Assembly (NCBI GenBank): GCA_934155185.1
Contig: CAKPGT010000004.1
Span: 31,910 to 95,909 of the forward strand
Direction: 5' to 3'
Length of the DNA: 64,000 nt
Source: an uncultured Bacilli bacterium
Lineage (GTDB): Bacteria > Bacillota_I > Bacilli_A > RF39 > UBA660
Below are positions 45,424-56,351 of this stretch, piece after piece (the stretch's first letter is position 1; every line of letters begins with the position of its first letter). The position numbers and the translations under genes are program-made. The notes beneath the pieces are model-generated. The model was not told the DNA's origin. It did no database searches and saw nothing but the letters and a program-made list of their open reading frames with translations.

Positions 45424-46683
45424 ATGCATAGGATAATAATTGAAGGTGGAAAAAAATTAACTGGAGAAATAAAAATTAGTGGCTCAAAGAATAGTGCGGT
45501 AGCTTTAGTACCAGCTGCTATTTTGTGTGATGAAGAGGTTACTATAGCTAACGTACCTAATATTTCTGATATTACGGCACTTGATAAAATATTAAATCAT
45601 TTAGGCGCTAAGGTAACAAAGCATGCTGATGTTATGAAAATAGATGCATCTAATATAGAAAATAAACTAGTACCAGAAGATATAGCAAAAAAGCTAAGGG
45701 CATCATATTATTTTATGGGAGCGTTACTTGGAAGATTTAAAAAAGTAGAAATATACTTTCCTGGAGGATGCTCTATAGGCGCAAGACCAATTAATCTTCA
45801 TATAAAAGGGTTTAAAGCATTAGGTGCCAAGGTAGCTGAGAAAAACAACTTATTTACCATAACTGCTGATAAGCTTATTGGTAATAAGATTAATCTTGAT
45901 TTTGCATCAGTTGGAGCAACGATTAATCTTATGCTGGCAGCTGTTAAAGCGGAAGGAACTACGATAATAACTAATGCTGCAAAAGAACCACATATAGTAA
46001 ATGTTGCAACGTTTTTAAATAACATGGGCGCTAAAATCACAGGTGCTGGAACAAGTGAGATAAAAATTGAAGGGGTAAAATACTTACATTCTTGTTTCCA
46101 TGAGGTTGTACCAGATTATATTGAAACGGGTACTTATATGATTTTAGCTAGTGCAATAGGCGATAAGATTACTATTAAAAATATTATTCCTGATCATGTT
46201 GAATCTCTTATATCAAAACTTGAAGAAGCTGGCGTTCCAATGGAAATAGGCGTTGATTTAATAAATATAAGTGCACCTTCTGTTATTAATCCAGTAAATA
46301 TTAAAACACAGGTTTATCCTGGATTCCCAACAGACTTGCAGCAACCTATGGCAACACTATTAACACAGGCAAATGGAAAATCTATTATAAATGAAACTAT
46401 ATGGGAAAATAGATTCTTAAATTTGATAGAGCTAAATAAAATGGGCGCGACAACAACGGAAATTACAAACAGTAAAGCTGTTATACTAGGCCCATCTAAA
46501 TTAAAAGGCAAAAGGGTTTGCGCAACGGATTTAAGAGCAGGCGCATCACTTGTCATAGCAGGATTAATAGCAGATGGAACAACTATTATAGATAATGCCG
46601 ATTATATATTAAGAGGTTATGAAAATATAGTTGAAAAACTTAAGAATGTAGGTGCTAAAATAGAACTTCTAGAAATAGAATAG
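45424..46683 (+). CDS. murA: UDP-N-acetylglucosamine 1-carboxyvinyltransferase
   Basis: ISGSKNSAVALVPAA. Active-site Cys loop PGGCSIGARPINLH. GGAGGAG SD before the ATG at 45424. Confidence 0.94.
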   Translation: MHRIIIEGGKKLTGEIKISGSKNSAVALVPAAILCDEEVTIANVPNISDITALDKILNHLGAKVTKHADVMKIDASNIENKLVPEDIAKKLRASYYFMGALLGRFKKVEIYFPGGCSIGARPINLHIKGFKALGAKVAEKNNLFTITADKLIGNKINLDFASVGATINLMLAAVKAEGTTIITNAAKEPHIVNVATFLNNMGAKITGAGTSEIKIEGVKYLHSCFHEVVPDYIETGTYMILASAIGDKITIKNIIPDHVESLISKLEEAGVPMEIGVDLINISAPSVINPVNIKTQVYPGFPTDLQQPMATLLTQANGKSIINETIWENRFLNLIELNKMGATTTEITNSKAVILGPSKLKGKRVCATDLRAGASLVIAGLIADGTTIIDNADYILRGYENIVEKLKNVGAKIELLEIE

Positions 46684-46706
46684 TATTGTAATAAATACTA
46701 TTTTTT
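46681..46706 (+). terminator. terminator after murA
   Basis: TAGTATT (46681-46687) pairs with AATACTA (46694-46700), followed by T6. Confidence 0.6.
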
Positions 46707-46723
46707 ATTTTGGGGTGATTATT

Positions 46724-47485
46724 TTGAAAAGAAGGTATAAATTACTTATAGGTTTTATAATATCTGGAATTATATTAATTTCTATCTTTTTTATTACTAA
46801 GGATAGAAAAATATATTATTTATCTTTGGGCGATTCTTTAGCAGCAGGTCAAACTCCTAACAATACTATTTCTGATAGTTATGGGGAGTATGTTGCAGAA
46901 TATTTAAAAGATCATGAAGTCCTTGAATTTTATACTAAGAAATTTGCAAGGAGTGGGTATCGTTCTATAGACGTTTTAAATGATATAAATGAAAACAAAA
47001 AAATAAAAGAAGGAAAAAAAGAAATAACTATTAAAAATGCACTAATAAAAGCAGACTTGGTAACTGTAAGTGTTGGTGCTAATGACCTATTTTATAAATT
47101 AAACTTTAAAAGCGGGCTTGATATTAATCAGTTTGATGATTTATATACATATGTTGATGAAGCTTTAAAAGATGTAGATAAATTACTTTATGAACTTAGA
47201 AAGTCTTGTAAGGAGCAAATAATGGTACTTGGCTTTTATAATCCTTTTACTAGTTTTTCTAAATCATTATCTACCACTGTTGAGCCAGTAATCATATATG
47301 GTAATAATAAAATGAGAAGTATTGTAAAGAAGTATGATATGACTTTCGTTGATATACATAATGCTTTTTTAGCTAATGATAATTATTTGCCTTCTAAACC
47401 TGAAATTCATCCTACAAAAGAAGGGTATAGAGCTATTTCCAAAATTATAATTAGTCTTATCGACAATAAAATGCTTGCAAAATAG
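46724..47485 (+). CDS. SGNH/GDSL family hydrolase with N-terminal membrane anchor
   Basis: YLSLGDSLAAG (block I) and GANDL (block III). TTG start 6 nt after GGGGTG. The GTG at 46715 is the alternative. Confidence 0.8.
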   Translation: MKRRYKLLIGFIISGIILISIFFITKDRKIYYLSLGDSLAAGQTPNNTISDSYGEYVAEYLKDHEVLEFYTKKFARSGYRSIDVLNDINENKKIKEGKKEITIKNALIKADLVTVSVGANDLFYKLNFKSGLDINQFDDLYTYVDEALKDVDKLLYELRKSCKEQIMVLGFYNPFTSFSKSLSTTVEPVIIYGNNKMRSIVKKYDMTFVDIHNAFLANDNYLPSKPEIHPTKEGYRAISKIIISLIDNKMLAK

Positions 47486-47559
47486 TTATGCAACTGCTAT
47501 AATATAAGGGATTTTATATCTATGACTTATATTTAGTCATGGCGAAAGGAGCTGGAAGT

Positions 47560-47775
47560 ATGCCAAAAAAGGAAAGTATTTATAAAGAAAGTACTGTTAC
47601 TTGTACTTGTGGACACACTTTTAAGACTTACTCAACTAAAGAAAATATTTCAACTGAAGTATGTTCTAAGTGTCATCCATTCTATACTGGTCAAGCTACA
47701 ATGCAATCAAAGACTGGTAAAGCTGAAAAGTTCAATCAAAAATATGGCTTTAAGAGTACAACTAAAAATGCATAG
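47560..47775 (+). CDS. rpmE: 50S ribosomal protein L31 (Cys-containing type A)
   Basis: TCTCGHTF...VCSKCHPFYTG. AAAGGAG SD 7 nt before the ATG at 47560. Confidence 0.9.
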   Translation: MPKKESIYKESTVTCTCGHTFKTYSTKENISTEVCSKCHPFYTGQATMQSKTGKAEKFNQKYGFKSTTKNA

Positions 47776-47791
47776 TTTTGGTTAGAAACTA

Positions 47792-47821
47792 TTGACAACA
47801 AACTTATAAAAGTGTTATATT
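47792..47821 (+). promoter_or_regulatory. promoter of the str operon (rpsL-rpsG-fusA-tuf)
   Basis: TTGACA (47792-47797), then TG (47813-47814) and TATATT (47816-47821). A leader of about 95 nt with hairpins follows (TTAAGTCTT/AAGACTTAA; ACACC/GGTGT). Confidence 0.6.
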
Positions 47822-47918
47822 ATATTAGCTTATATTTAAGTCTTGCTGTTTTTGGTAAGACTTAAAAATATATCACTAATGAAACACCAGGTGGTGTGTT
47901 AAGAAAGGAGTAGAAATC

Positions 47919-48332
47919 ATGCCTACAATTAATCAAATTCTTCGTCGTGGAAGAAAAGATAAGAAACGTAAACCTAAAGCACCTGTTTTACTAGTTAGAA
48001 CTAATACTCTAAAGAAGAAAAACATAGCTGCTAACTCTCCACAAAAGCGTGGAGTATGTACTCGTGTTGGAACAATGACTCCAAAGAAACCAAACTCAGC
48101 ATTACGTAAGTATGCTCGTGTTCGTTTGAGTAATGGTTATGAAGTTACTGCTTATATTCCAGGACAAGGACACAATTTACAAGAACATAGCGTAGTTTTA
48201 ATACGTGGTGGTCGTGTAAAAGACTTAATCGGTGTGCGTTATCACATCATAAGAGGTACATTAGATACTCAAGGTGTTGCTGATAGAAAGCAAGCAAGAT
48301 CTAAGTATGGTGCTAAAAAACCAAAGAAATAA
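47919..48332 (+). CDS. rpsL: 30S ribosomal protein S12
   Basis: [11 protein letters not shown]...[19 protein letters not shown]. Confidence 0.97.
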   Translation: MPTINQILRRGRKDKKRKPKAPVLLVRTNTLKKKNIAANSPQKRGVCTRVGTMTPKKPNSALRKYARVRLSNGYEVTAYIPGQGHNLQEHSVVLIRGGRVKDLIGVRYHIIRGTLDTQGVADRKQARSKYGAKKPKK

Positions 48333-48353
48333 AAACAATAATAAATATAGTAA

Positions 48354-48833
<480 letters not shown>

Positions 48834-48847
48834 GAAAGGATTAGTAT

Positions 48848-50920
48848 ATGGCTCGTGAATATTCATTAGAAAATACTCGTAACATTGGTATTATGGCACA
48901 CGTTGATGCCGGTAAAACTACTGTTACTGAACGTGTTTTGTTCCATACTCATAAAATCCATAAAATTGGTGAAACACATGATGGCGCATCACAGATGGAC
49001 TGGATGGAGCAAGAAAAAGAACGTGGTATTACCATTACTTCCGCTGCTACTACTGCATTCTGGAAGGGTAATCGTTTAAATATCATTGATACTCCAGGTC
49101 ACGTAGACTTCACAATAGAAGTTACAAGATCTCTTAGAGTACTTGATGGCGCCGTAACAGTACTTGATTCACAAAATGGTGTTGAACCTCAAACTGAAAA
49201 CGTTTGGCGTCAAGCTACTGACATGGGAGTTCCAAGACTTGTTTTCTCAAACAAGATGGACAAAATGGGTGCAGACTTTGCAGCTAGTGTTGAATCAATT
49301 AAGTCAAGATTAGGTGTTAAGGCTACTGCAATACAATGGCCAATTGGTGCTGAATCAGAATTTGATGGCATTATTGACCTAGTTACAATGAAGGCTTACC
49401 ATTATGATGGTAAACCAGAGGAAAATCCAACAGAAATCGAAATTCCAGCTGAATTAAAGAATATTGCTGAAGAAAAACGTATCCAAATGATAGAGGATGC
49501 AGCTGAGTTTGATGAAGAATTAATGGAAAAATACTTAGAGGGTGCTGAAATCTCAATTGATCTAATTAAAAGAGCAATTAGAAAGGGCGTATTATCAGTT
49601 AAGATGTTCCCAGTTATGTGCGGTACTGCACTTGGAAACATTGGTGTTAAGTTAATGCTTGATGCTGTAGTTGATTATCTACCTGCACCAACTGATATTC
49701 CATCTATTAAAGGTCACGATTTAAATGACAAAGAAGTAGAAAGACATGCATCTGACTCTGAACCATTTTCAGCATTAGCATTTAAGATAATGACTGATCC
49801 GTTTGTTGGTAGATTATCATTCTTCCGTGTTTACTCTGGAACATTAAAGAGTGGTTCTTATGTATTAAATGCTAATAAGGATGTTAAAGAAAGAATCGGA
49901 CGTATTTTACAAATGCATGCTAATAATCGTACTGAAATATCTGAAGTATATGCAGGTGATATAGCTGCTGCTGTAGGTTTAAAAAATACAACTACAGGTG
50001 ATACTCTATGTGATGAAAAGCATCCTGTAATATTAGAAAAAATGGTTATTCCTGAACCCGTTATTTCAATTGCAATTGAACCAAAGAGTAAGGGCGACCA
50101 AGAAAAGATGTCTACAGCTTTACAAAAACTAGCTGAGGAAGATCCAACATTTAGAGCAGAATCTGATCAAGAATCAGGACAAACTGTTATTTCTGGTATG
50201 GGAGAGCTTCACCTAGATGTACTAGTAGACAGAATGAGAAGAGAATTTGGTGTTGAAGCTAATATTGGTAAACCTCAGGTTGCTTACCGTGAAACTTTAA
50301 CTTGCGCTGGTGATTGTGAAGGTAAATATATTAAACAATCAGGTGGACGTGGACAATATGGACATGTTTGGGTTAAGTTTGAACCAAATAAGGATAACGG
50401 TTATGAATTCGTTGATGCTATTGTAGGTGGTGTTGTTCCTCGTGAATACATCCCAGTAGTAGACAAGGGATTACAAGAGGCTTTAAAAACTGGTGTTTTA
50501 GCTGGATATCCAATGATTGATGTTAAAGCAACATTATTTGATGGTTCATACCATGATGTTGACTCTAACGAAATGGCATTTAAGGTTGCTGCTTCTTTAG
50601 CACTTAAGGAAGCTAAAAATAAATGTAAACCTGTTCTTCTAGAACCAATAATGAAAGTAGATATTACTGTACCAGATGAATATATGGGTAACGTTATGGG
50701 TGATATAACATCTAGAAGAGGTCGTCCTATGGGACAAGAGTCTGTTGGTAATGCTCTTAAGATTAATGCATACGTACCATTATCAGAAATGTTTGGTTAT
50801 GCAACAAGCTTAAGATCAAATACACAAGGACGTGGAACTTTCATTATGTTCTTCGATCACTATGAAGAAGTTCCAAAAAGCATTGCTGAAGAAATCATTA
50901 AGAAAAATGGTGGACAATAA
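48848..50920 (+). CDS. fusA: elongation factor G
   Basis: [22 protein letters not shown], and NKMD. Confidence 0.97.
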   Translation: MAREYSLENTRNIGIMAHVDAGKTTVTERVLFHTHKIHKIGETHDGASQMDWMEQEKERGITITSAATTAFWKGNRLNIIDTPGHVDFTIEVTRSLRVLDGAVTVLDSQNGVEPQTENVWRQATDMGVPRLVFSNKMDKMGADFAASVESIKSRLGVKATAIQWPIGAESEFDGIIDLVTMKAYHYDGKPEENPTEIEIPAELKNIAEEKRIQMIEDAAEFDEELMEKYLEGAEISIDLIKRAIRKGVLSVKMFPVMCGTALGNIGVKLMLDAVVDYLPAPTDIPSIKGHDLNDKEVERHASDSEPFSALAFKIMTDPFVGRLSFFRVYSGTLKSGSYVLNANKDVKERIGRILQMHANNRTEISEVYAGDIAAAVGLKNTTTGDTLCDEKHPVILEKMVIPEPVISIAIEPKSKGDQEKMSTALQKLAEEDPTFRAESDQESGQTVISGMGELHLDVLVDRMRREFGVEANIGKPQVAYRETLTCAGDCEGKYIKQSGGRGQYGHVWVKFEPNKDNGYEFVDAIVGGVVPREYIPVVDKGLQEALKTGVLAGYPMIDVKATLFDGSYHDVDSNEMAFKVAASLALKEAKNKCKPVLLEPIMKVDITVPDEYMGNVMGDITSRRGRPMGQESVGNALKINAYVPLSEMFGYATSLRSNTQGRGTFIMFFDHYEEVPKSIAEEIIKKNGGQ

Positions 50921-51004
50921 TGAATAATCCTGAGGGAAAATACTTGATATTTTCCCTTAGATTAGATAAAATAATAATGTAATTTATATAGGAGGAAAAA
51001 TAAT

Positions 51005-52189
51005 ATGGCAAAAGAAAAATTTGATCGTTCTAAACCACACGTTAATATTGGTACTATTGGACACGTTGACCATGGTAAAACAACATTAACTGCAGCGATC
51101 ACAAAAAGATTATCTGAAAAAGGTCAAGCAGAATTTAAAGATTATTCTACAATTGATGGTACTCCAGAAGAACGTCAACGTGGTATAACTATTAATACTG
51201 CTCACGTTGAGTATGAAACTGACAAGCGTCACTATGCTCACGTAGACTGCCCAGGACACGCTGATTATGTTAAAAACATGATTACAGGTGCAGCTCAAAT
51301 GGACGGAGCAATCCTAGTTTTAGCAGCAACTGATGGTCCAATGGCACAAACTAAGGAACACATCTTACTTGCTCGTCAAGTTGGAGTTCCTAGAATCGTA
51401 GTATTCATGAACAAATGCGACATGGTAGACGATCCAGAAATGCTAGATTTAGTTGAAATGGATGTTCGTGAATTATTAAACAAATACGAATATGATGGAG
51501 ATAATACTCCAGTAATTCGTGGTTCTGCACTTAAAGCTCTAGAAGGAGATCCTAAGTGGGAAGAAAAAATTGATGAATTAATGGATGCTGTTGATGAATG
51601 GATCCCAACTCCAGAAAGAGACAATACAAAACCATTCTTGATGTCAATTGAAGATGTATTCACTATCACTGGTCGTGGAACAGTTGTTACAGGACGTGTT
51701 GAACGTGGTACATTAAAACTTAACGACGAAGTTGAAATCGTTGGTTTAAAACCAACTAAAAAAACAGTTGTTACTGGTATCGAAATGTTCCGTAAGCAAC
51801 TAGACTTTGCTGAAGCTGGAGATAACGCTGGTGTATTACTACGTGGTATTTCTCGTGAAGATGTACAACGTGGACAAGTTCTTGCTAAACCAGGAACAGT
51901 TACTCCTCATACTAAATTTGAGGCTCAAGTTTATGTATTAAGCAAAGAAGAAGGTGGAAGACATACTCCATTCTTCTCAAACTACAGACCACAATTCTAT
52001 TTCAGAACTACTGACGTAACAGGTGTTGTTACACTTCCAGAAGGAACTGAAATGGTTATGCCTGGTGACAATGTTAGTATGACAGTTGAATTAATTGCTC
52101 CAATCGCAATTGAAAATGGTACTAAGTTCTCTATCCGTGAGGGTGGACGTACTGTTGGTGCTGGTACTGTTACTAAAATTGATGCATAG
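51005..52189 (+). CDS. tuf: elongation factor Tu
   Basis: [18 protein letters not shown], and NKCD. Confidence 0.98.
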   Translation: MAKEKFDRSKPHVNIGTIGHVDHGKTTLTAAITKRLSEKGQAEFKDYSTIDGTPEERQRGITINTAHVEYETDKRHYAHVDCPGHADYVKNMITGAAQMDGAILVLAATDGPMAQTKEHILLARQVGVPRIVVFMNKCDMVDDPEMLDLVEMDVRELLNKYEYDGDNTPVIRGSALKALEGDPKWEEKIDELMDAVDEWIPTPERDNTKPFLMSIEDVFTITGRGTVVTGRVERGTLKLNDEVEIVGLKPTKKTVVTGIEMFRKQLDFAEAGDNAGVLLRGISREDVQRGQVLAKPGTVTPHTKFEAQVYVLSKEEGGRHTPFFSNYRPQFYFRTTDVTGVVTLPEGTEMVMPGDNVSMTVELIAPIAIENGTKFSIREGGRTVGAGTVTKIDA

Positions 52190-52199
52190 TTAATAAATT

Positions 52200-52230
52200 A
52201 AGACATTCTAAATAGGGTGTCTTTTTTTGT
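52200..52230 (+). terminator. terminator after tuf
   Basis: AAGACA (52200-52205) pairs with TGTCTT (52218-52223), followed by a T-run. Confidence 0.6.
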
Positions 52231-52278
52231 AGTAAATTTTCTTTTCATATAGTATAATTAAATTAGGAAGTGAGTTTT

Positions 52279-52704
52279 ATGTCGTTTACATGGATTATTT
52301 TATTTGCAGTATTAATATTGATTGAAATATTTACTATCAATCTAGTTTCTATTTGGTTTGCAATTGGAGCATTAACATCCTTTTTAGTGAGCTTACTAAC
52401 TGATAGTACTTGGATTCAAATACTAACATTTATTTTAGTTAGTATTATAACCCTTCTACTTACTAAAAAGATTGTAAGTAAGCTAAAAGATAAGGAAGTA
52501 ACACCAACAAACCTAGATAGAGTAATTGGAACGGTAGGGTTAGTTACCAAGAAAATAAGCCTATTAGAACCTGGTGAGGTAAAAGCTGGAGGAAAAATGT
52601 GGAGTGCTATTTCAAATGAAAATATAGATATTAATACAGAAGTTAAAATACTTTCAATAGAAGGCGTAAAACTTATAGTAAAGAAGGTAGAGGAGGAAAA
52701 ATAG
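52279..52704 (+). CDS. NfeD-family membrane protein
   Basis: Hydrophobic N-terminal part plus C-terminal OB-like GEVKAGGKMWSAIS. Paired with the downstream SPFH gene. Confidence 0.8.
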   Translation: MSFTWIILFAVLILIEIFTINLVSIWFAIGALTSFLVSLLTDSTWIQILTFILVSIITLLLTKKIVSKLKDKEVTPTNLDRVIGTVGLVTKKISLLEPGEVKAGGKMWSAISNENIDINTEVKILSIEGVKLIVKKVEEEK

Positions 52705-52705
52705 T

Positions 52706-53599
52706 ATGATATGGATAATTCCAATAATTATTTTAGTAATAGTTGTAGCAGGAGTTAAAATAATTCCACAATCAAGATCGAAAGTTGTAGAAAGACTAGG
52801 TAGTTATCATGCAACACTTCAAACTGGTGTTCATTATGTAATTCCATTTATAGATAGAGTTGCTAATGATGTTAGTTTAAAAGAGATTGTTAAAGATTTT
52901 GCACCACAACCAGTTATTACTAAAGATAATGTTACAATGCAAATAGATACAGTTGTATACTTCCAAATAACTGATCCTAAGCTATATACATATGGTGTTG
53001 AAAATCCGGTAAATGCAATAGAAAACTTAACTGCAACAACACTTCGTAATATCATAGGTGAACTTGAGCTTGACCAAACTTTAACTAGCCGTGATATTAT
53101 AAACTCTAAGATGCGTTCAATTCTTGATGAAGCAACTGATCCTTGGGGTATAAAGGTAAATAGAGTAGAGGTTAAGAATATTATTCCACCAAGAGATATT
53201 CAGGAAGCGATGGAAAAACAAATGCGTGCAGAGCGTGAGCGTCGTGAAAAAATCCTTCAAGCAGAAGGAGAAAAGAAAGCAGCAATTTTAATTGCTGAAG
53301 GTGAAAAAGAAAGTGCTATATTAAGAGCAGATGCAAAAAGAGAAACTCATATTAAAGAGGCAGAAGGAGAAGCACAAGCAATTTTAAAAATATCTTCTGC
53401 AAAAGCTGATGCTCTAAAACTACTAAAAGATGCTAACGCTGATGATGCAGTACTTAAGTTAAAAAGCTATGAGGCAATGGTTGATGTTGCTAATGGAAAC
53501 GCAACAAAAATTATTATTCCAAGTGATTTACAAAATTTAGTTACAGCTAGTACAATTATATCTGATAGTATAAAAAATTCTAAAAAAAATGAAAAATAA
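52706..53599 (+). CDS. SPFH/band 7 (stomatin-like) protein
   Basis: VERLGSYHATLQTGVHYVIPFIDRV...TKDNVTMQIDTVVYFQITDP...RAEGEK repeats. Confidence 0.9.
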   Translation: MIWIIPIIILVIVVAGVKIIPQSRSKVVERLGSYHATLQTGVHYVIPFIDRVANDVSLKEIVKDFAPQPVITKDNVTMQIDTVVYFQITDPKLYTYGVENPVNAIENLTATTLRNIIGELELDQTLTSRDIINSKMRSILDEATDPWGIKVNRVEVKNIIPPRDIQEAMEKQMRAERERREKILQAEGEKKAAILIAEGEKESAILRADAKRETHIKEAEGEAQAILKISSAKADALKLLKDANADDAVLKLKSYEAMVDVANGNATKIIIPSDLQNLVTASTIISDSIKNSKKNEK

Positions 53600-53602
53600 A
53601 AA

Positions 53603-53628
53603 AGAGCAGAAGTTAATTCTGCTTTTTA
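53603..53628. terminator. bidirectional terminator between the SPFH gene and the convergent femX-like gene
   Basis: AGCAGAA (53605-53611) pairs with TTCTGCT (53617-53623), flanked by an A-run and a T-run. Confidence 0.65.
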
Positions 53629-54876
53629 TATTGGTGTGTTAAGCCAGTTTAATATAGGGTTAAGTTTACTGCCAGTATAATATGATTTTTTATTAATTAC
53701 TAAGTCAAATTCACCAACATATTCTACTATCTTATTTGATAGTTCTATTTTTTCTATATTGCTTGGATCATTTTTTAAACTGCCTGTTATTCCGTTAAAA
53801 TCAGCAAGTGAGTATCCTTGTCTTCCAAATTCTTGCATTAACTGCCACATAAGAAGATAATTAGGATTTTGATCTTTAAATGAACTATTAACTGCACAAA
53901 CAGCAAAAGTTATTGTTTTATTATATTTTATAAGTATTACGCCTGACGTAACAATTCCACTAGGATATTTTTGGAACATGTTAATTGCTTCAATCATGTT
54001 TTTTTTGTACTTTGCAAGAAGCTCATCAGACTTTAATTTGTTGTTAATTATTTCATTTTTATTAGGATTGTTCCAATCTTGTATCTGCATATTTAAATCA
54101 TTATTTCTTTGCTCTTCTTTTTCATAACATAATTTACTTGAGTTTACAAAACTAGCTGGTTCAAGTTTAGAAAAGTATATCTCACAACCTTCGTTTTGTC
54201 CATAAAACTGATAATAGTCAGTAAGAAGTGCCATTGGAACTTCGTCTTTTTCAAAAAGTGAGTGCAGTAAACTTATGTCATTAGCACTTCCTTTATATAT
54301 TTTGTTTCCTAATCTAGCTGCCTCATTAATTTTTGCTTTAGCTTCTTTTGTTAGTGAGTTAAAAAGTGAAATATTATTTATATTTAGTTCAGTTAAAGCA
54401 TTCCACCTTAAGTTACTAGCTTCTGTTCCATTATTATATCCCATGTGAATATAACCTAATTTTTGTAATTTTTGCACAAAACTTAAATTACTTTCACCAA
54501 CTACCTTTTCATTTCCGGTATTATCATATTCTTTATATACAATATATGGATCTACTTTTAAGTAGGTAAAACCTCTTTTTGATAAGTAAGTTTTTAGTTT
54601 TTCGGTAAATTCTTTAACTAGTTCCTCATCATTCCAATCAATTAGAAATCCTCTAGGAGCATAACCCATTTTTCTTTTATTACTACTTTCACTTTTAACA
54701 GCAACTAAAGTAGCCGCTTTTATACTACCTAAATTATCTGCTAATCCCAAATAATAGGCATTATATCCATGACTACTCATTAGTTTTCCATAATTACTTG
54801 TTTGATAGTAATTAGAGTTAGGATGACTTATAGCAAATTGGTCAAACCTGTTTTCATCCAGTAAAACAATTTCCAT
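53626..54876 (-). CDS. FemABX-family peptidoglycan interpeptide-bridge aminoacyltransferase
   Basis: FDQFAISHPNSNYYQTSNYGKLMSSHGYNAYYLGL...GYAPRGFLIDW...RWNA. SD spacing (AGGAGGG) favours the second ATG (54876) over 54882. Confidence 0.82.
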   Translation of the reverse strand: MEIVLLDENRFDQFAISHPNSNYYQTSNYGKLMSSHGYNAYYLGLADNLGSIKAATLVAVKSESSNKRKMGYAPRGFLIDWNDEELVKEFTEKLKTYLSKRGFTYLKVDPYIVYKEYDNTGNEKVVGESNLSFVQKLQKLGYIHMGYNNGTEASNLRWNALTELNINNISLFNSLTKEAKAKINEAARLGNKIYKGSANDISLLHSLFEKDEVPMALLTDYYQFYGQNEGCEIYFSKLEPASFVNSSKLCYEKEEQRNNDLNMQIQDWNNPNKNEIINNKLKSDELLAKYKKNMIEAINMFQKYPSGIVTSGVILIKYNKTITFAVCAVNSSFKDQNPNYLLMWQLMQEFGRQGYSLADFNGITGSLKNDPSNIEKIELSNKIVEYVGEFDLVINKKSYYTGSKLNPILNWLNTPI

Positions 54877-55022
54877 AGTCATCCCTCCTCTTATCCTATT
54901 ATTTATTATACTCCGAAAGCTATGATAAAGTCAATTTACATATATGCCAATTTATAAACAAAAAATAAAAATATTTATTCGATAAGTGTTATAATGTTAA
55001 TAGTTAAAGTAAGGAGGACAAA

Positions 55023-56252
55023 ATGAAAATAAAAGATATTAAAGCTAGAGAAATATTGGATTCTAGGGGAAACCCTACGGTAGAAGTTGATGTTGTATTA
55101 GAAAATGGTATTTTAGCTAGAGCAGCAGTACCATCAGGTGCATCAACTGGTGAAAGAGAAGCTCTTGAAATGAGGGATAACGATAAATCTCGTTTTTGTG
55201 GAAAAGGTGTTTTAAACGCAGTTGAAAATGTTAATGAAAAAATAAAACCAATAATTGTTGGGATGGAAGTTTCTAAACAAGAAGAAATTGATAATGCTAT
55301 GATTAAACTAGATGGAACTAAAACTAAGAGTAATTTAGGCGCTAATGCTATTTTAGGCGTTTCAATGGCTTGTTTAAAAGCAGCTGCTATGGAAAGTAAT
55401 ATGCCTTTATATAAATATGTTGGTAATGGAAACACTTTACCTGTGCCTATGATGAATATTTTAAATGGTGGTGCTCATGCTGATAATAAGCTAGATTTTC
55501 AAGAATTTATGATTATCCCGCAAAGAGATACTATTCATGAAAGGGTTCGCGTAGGATCAGAAGTATTTCATGCATTAAAGAGAGTCTTAAACCAAAGAAA
55601 TTTATCAACCGGTGTTGGCGATGAGGGGGGATTTGCGCCTGATTTAGAGTCTAACACAGAAGGTTTTGAACTTATTATGGAAGCTATTAAAAAGGCTGGA
55701 TATGAGCCTGGGGTTGATGTAAAACTTGCAATTGATGTTGCAGCATCAGAATTTTATAAAGATGGAAAATATAACTTAGTTGGCGAAGGAAGATGCCTTA
55801 CAACAGATGAGTTAATAGAATTCTATAAGGAATTAATAAGTAAATATCCTATTATATCAATTGAGGATCCTGTAGATGAAAATGATTGGAAAGGATTTAC
55901 TAAAATAACCAAAGAGTTAGGTAATAAAGTACAATTAGTAGGTGATGATTTATTTGTTACAAATAAAGAATGTTTGCAAAAAGGTATTGATATGAAAGCA
56001 GGAAATGCTATATTACTTAAAGTAAATCAAATTGGAACAATTACTGAGACAATGGAAACTATTAAGCTTGCTAGAGAAAATGGTTATAAAACTATTATTT
56101 CACACAGAAGTGGTGAAACGGAAGACACTACCATAGCAGATTTAGCTGTTGGACTTAATTTGGGACAGATAAAAACTGGCTCAATGTCTAGAACTGATAG
56201 AATATGTAAATATAATCAGTTAATGAGAATAGAAGAAGAATTAGAGTGTTAA
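55023..56252 (+). CDS. eno: enolase
   Basis: [17 protein letters not shown]...[12 protein letters not shown]...[17 protein letters not shown]. An extended -10 (TGTTATAAT, 54987-54995) lies upstream. Confidence 0.96.
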   Translation: MKIKDIKAREILDSRGNPTVEVDVVLENGILARAAVPSGASTGEREALEMRDNDKSRFCGKGVLNAVENVNEKIKPIIVGMEVSKQEEIDNAMIKLDGTKTKSNLGANAILGVSMACLKAAAMESNMPLYKYVGNGNTLPVPMMNILNGGAHADNKLDFQEFMIIPQRDTIHERVRVGSEVFHALKRVLNQRNLSTGVGDEGGFAPDLESNTEGFELIMEAIKKAGYEPGVDVKLAIDVAASEFYKDGKYNLVGEGRCLTTDELIEFYKELISKYPIISIEDPVDENDWKGFTKITKELGNKVQLVGDDLFVTNKECLQKGIDMKAGNAILLKVNQIGTITETMETIKLARENGYKTIISHRSGETEDTTIADLAVGLNLGQIKTGSMSRTDRICKYNQLMRIEEELEC

Positions 56253-56280
56253 GAAGCAATATAGATGCTTCTTTTCTTTT
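56251..56280 (+). terminator. terminator after eno
   Basis: GAAGCA (56253-56258) pairs with TGCTTC (56266-56271), followed by TTTTCTTTT. Confidence 0.65.
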
Positions 56281-56288
56281 GATTTTAA

Positions 56289-56317
56289 TTGACTATATGG
56301 ATTTATCGTGATATTAT
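56289..56317 (+). promoter_or_regulatory. near-consensus extended -10 promoter of the atypical sigma gene
   Basis: TTGACT (56289-56294), 17-nt spacer, TATTAT (56312-56317), with TG two nt upstream. Confidence 0.55.
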
Positions 56318-56351
56318 AAAGCATGTAAATTTTTGGGGGTAATGTAATATT

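Noticed and set aside
48885-49079. 64-aa alternative-frame ORF inside fusA
   Set aside because: It lies in the G-domain coding region of EF-G. There is no SD and the composition is implausible.
50933-50957. 9-bp hairpin (AGGGAAAAT/ATTTTCCCT) between fusA and tuf, considered as a terminator
   Set aside because: It is not followed by a T-tract, and fusA-tuf are normally co-transcribed. It is more likely an mRNA-stabilising or processing stem, so I did not annotate it as a terminator.
55004-55435. 143-aa minus-strand ORF overlapping the 5-prime part of eno
   Set aside because: It is antisense to a highly conserved enolase sequence, has low-complexity Ser/Leu/Ile content and lacks translation signals.
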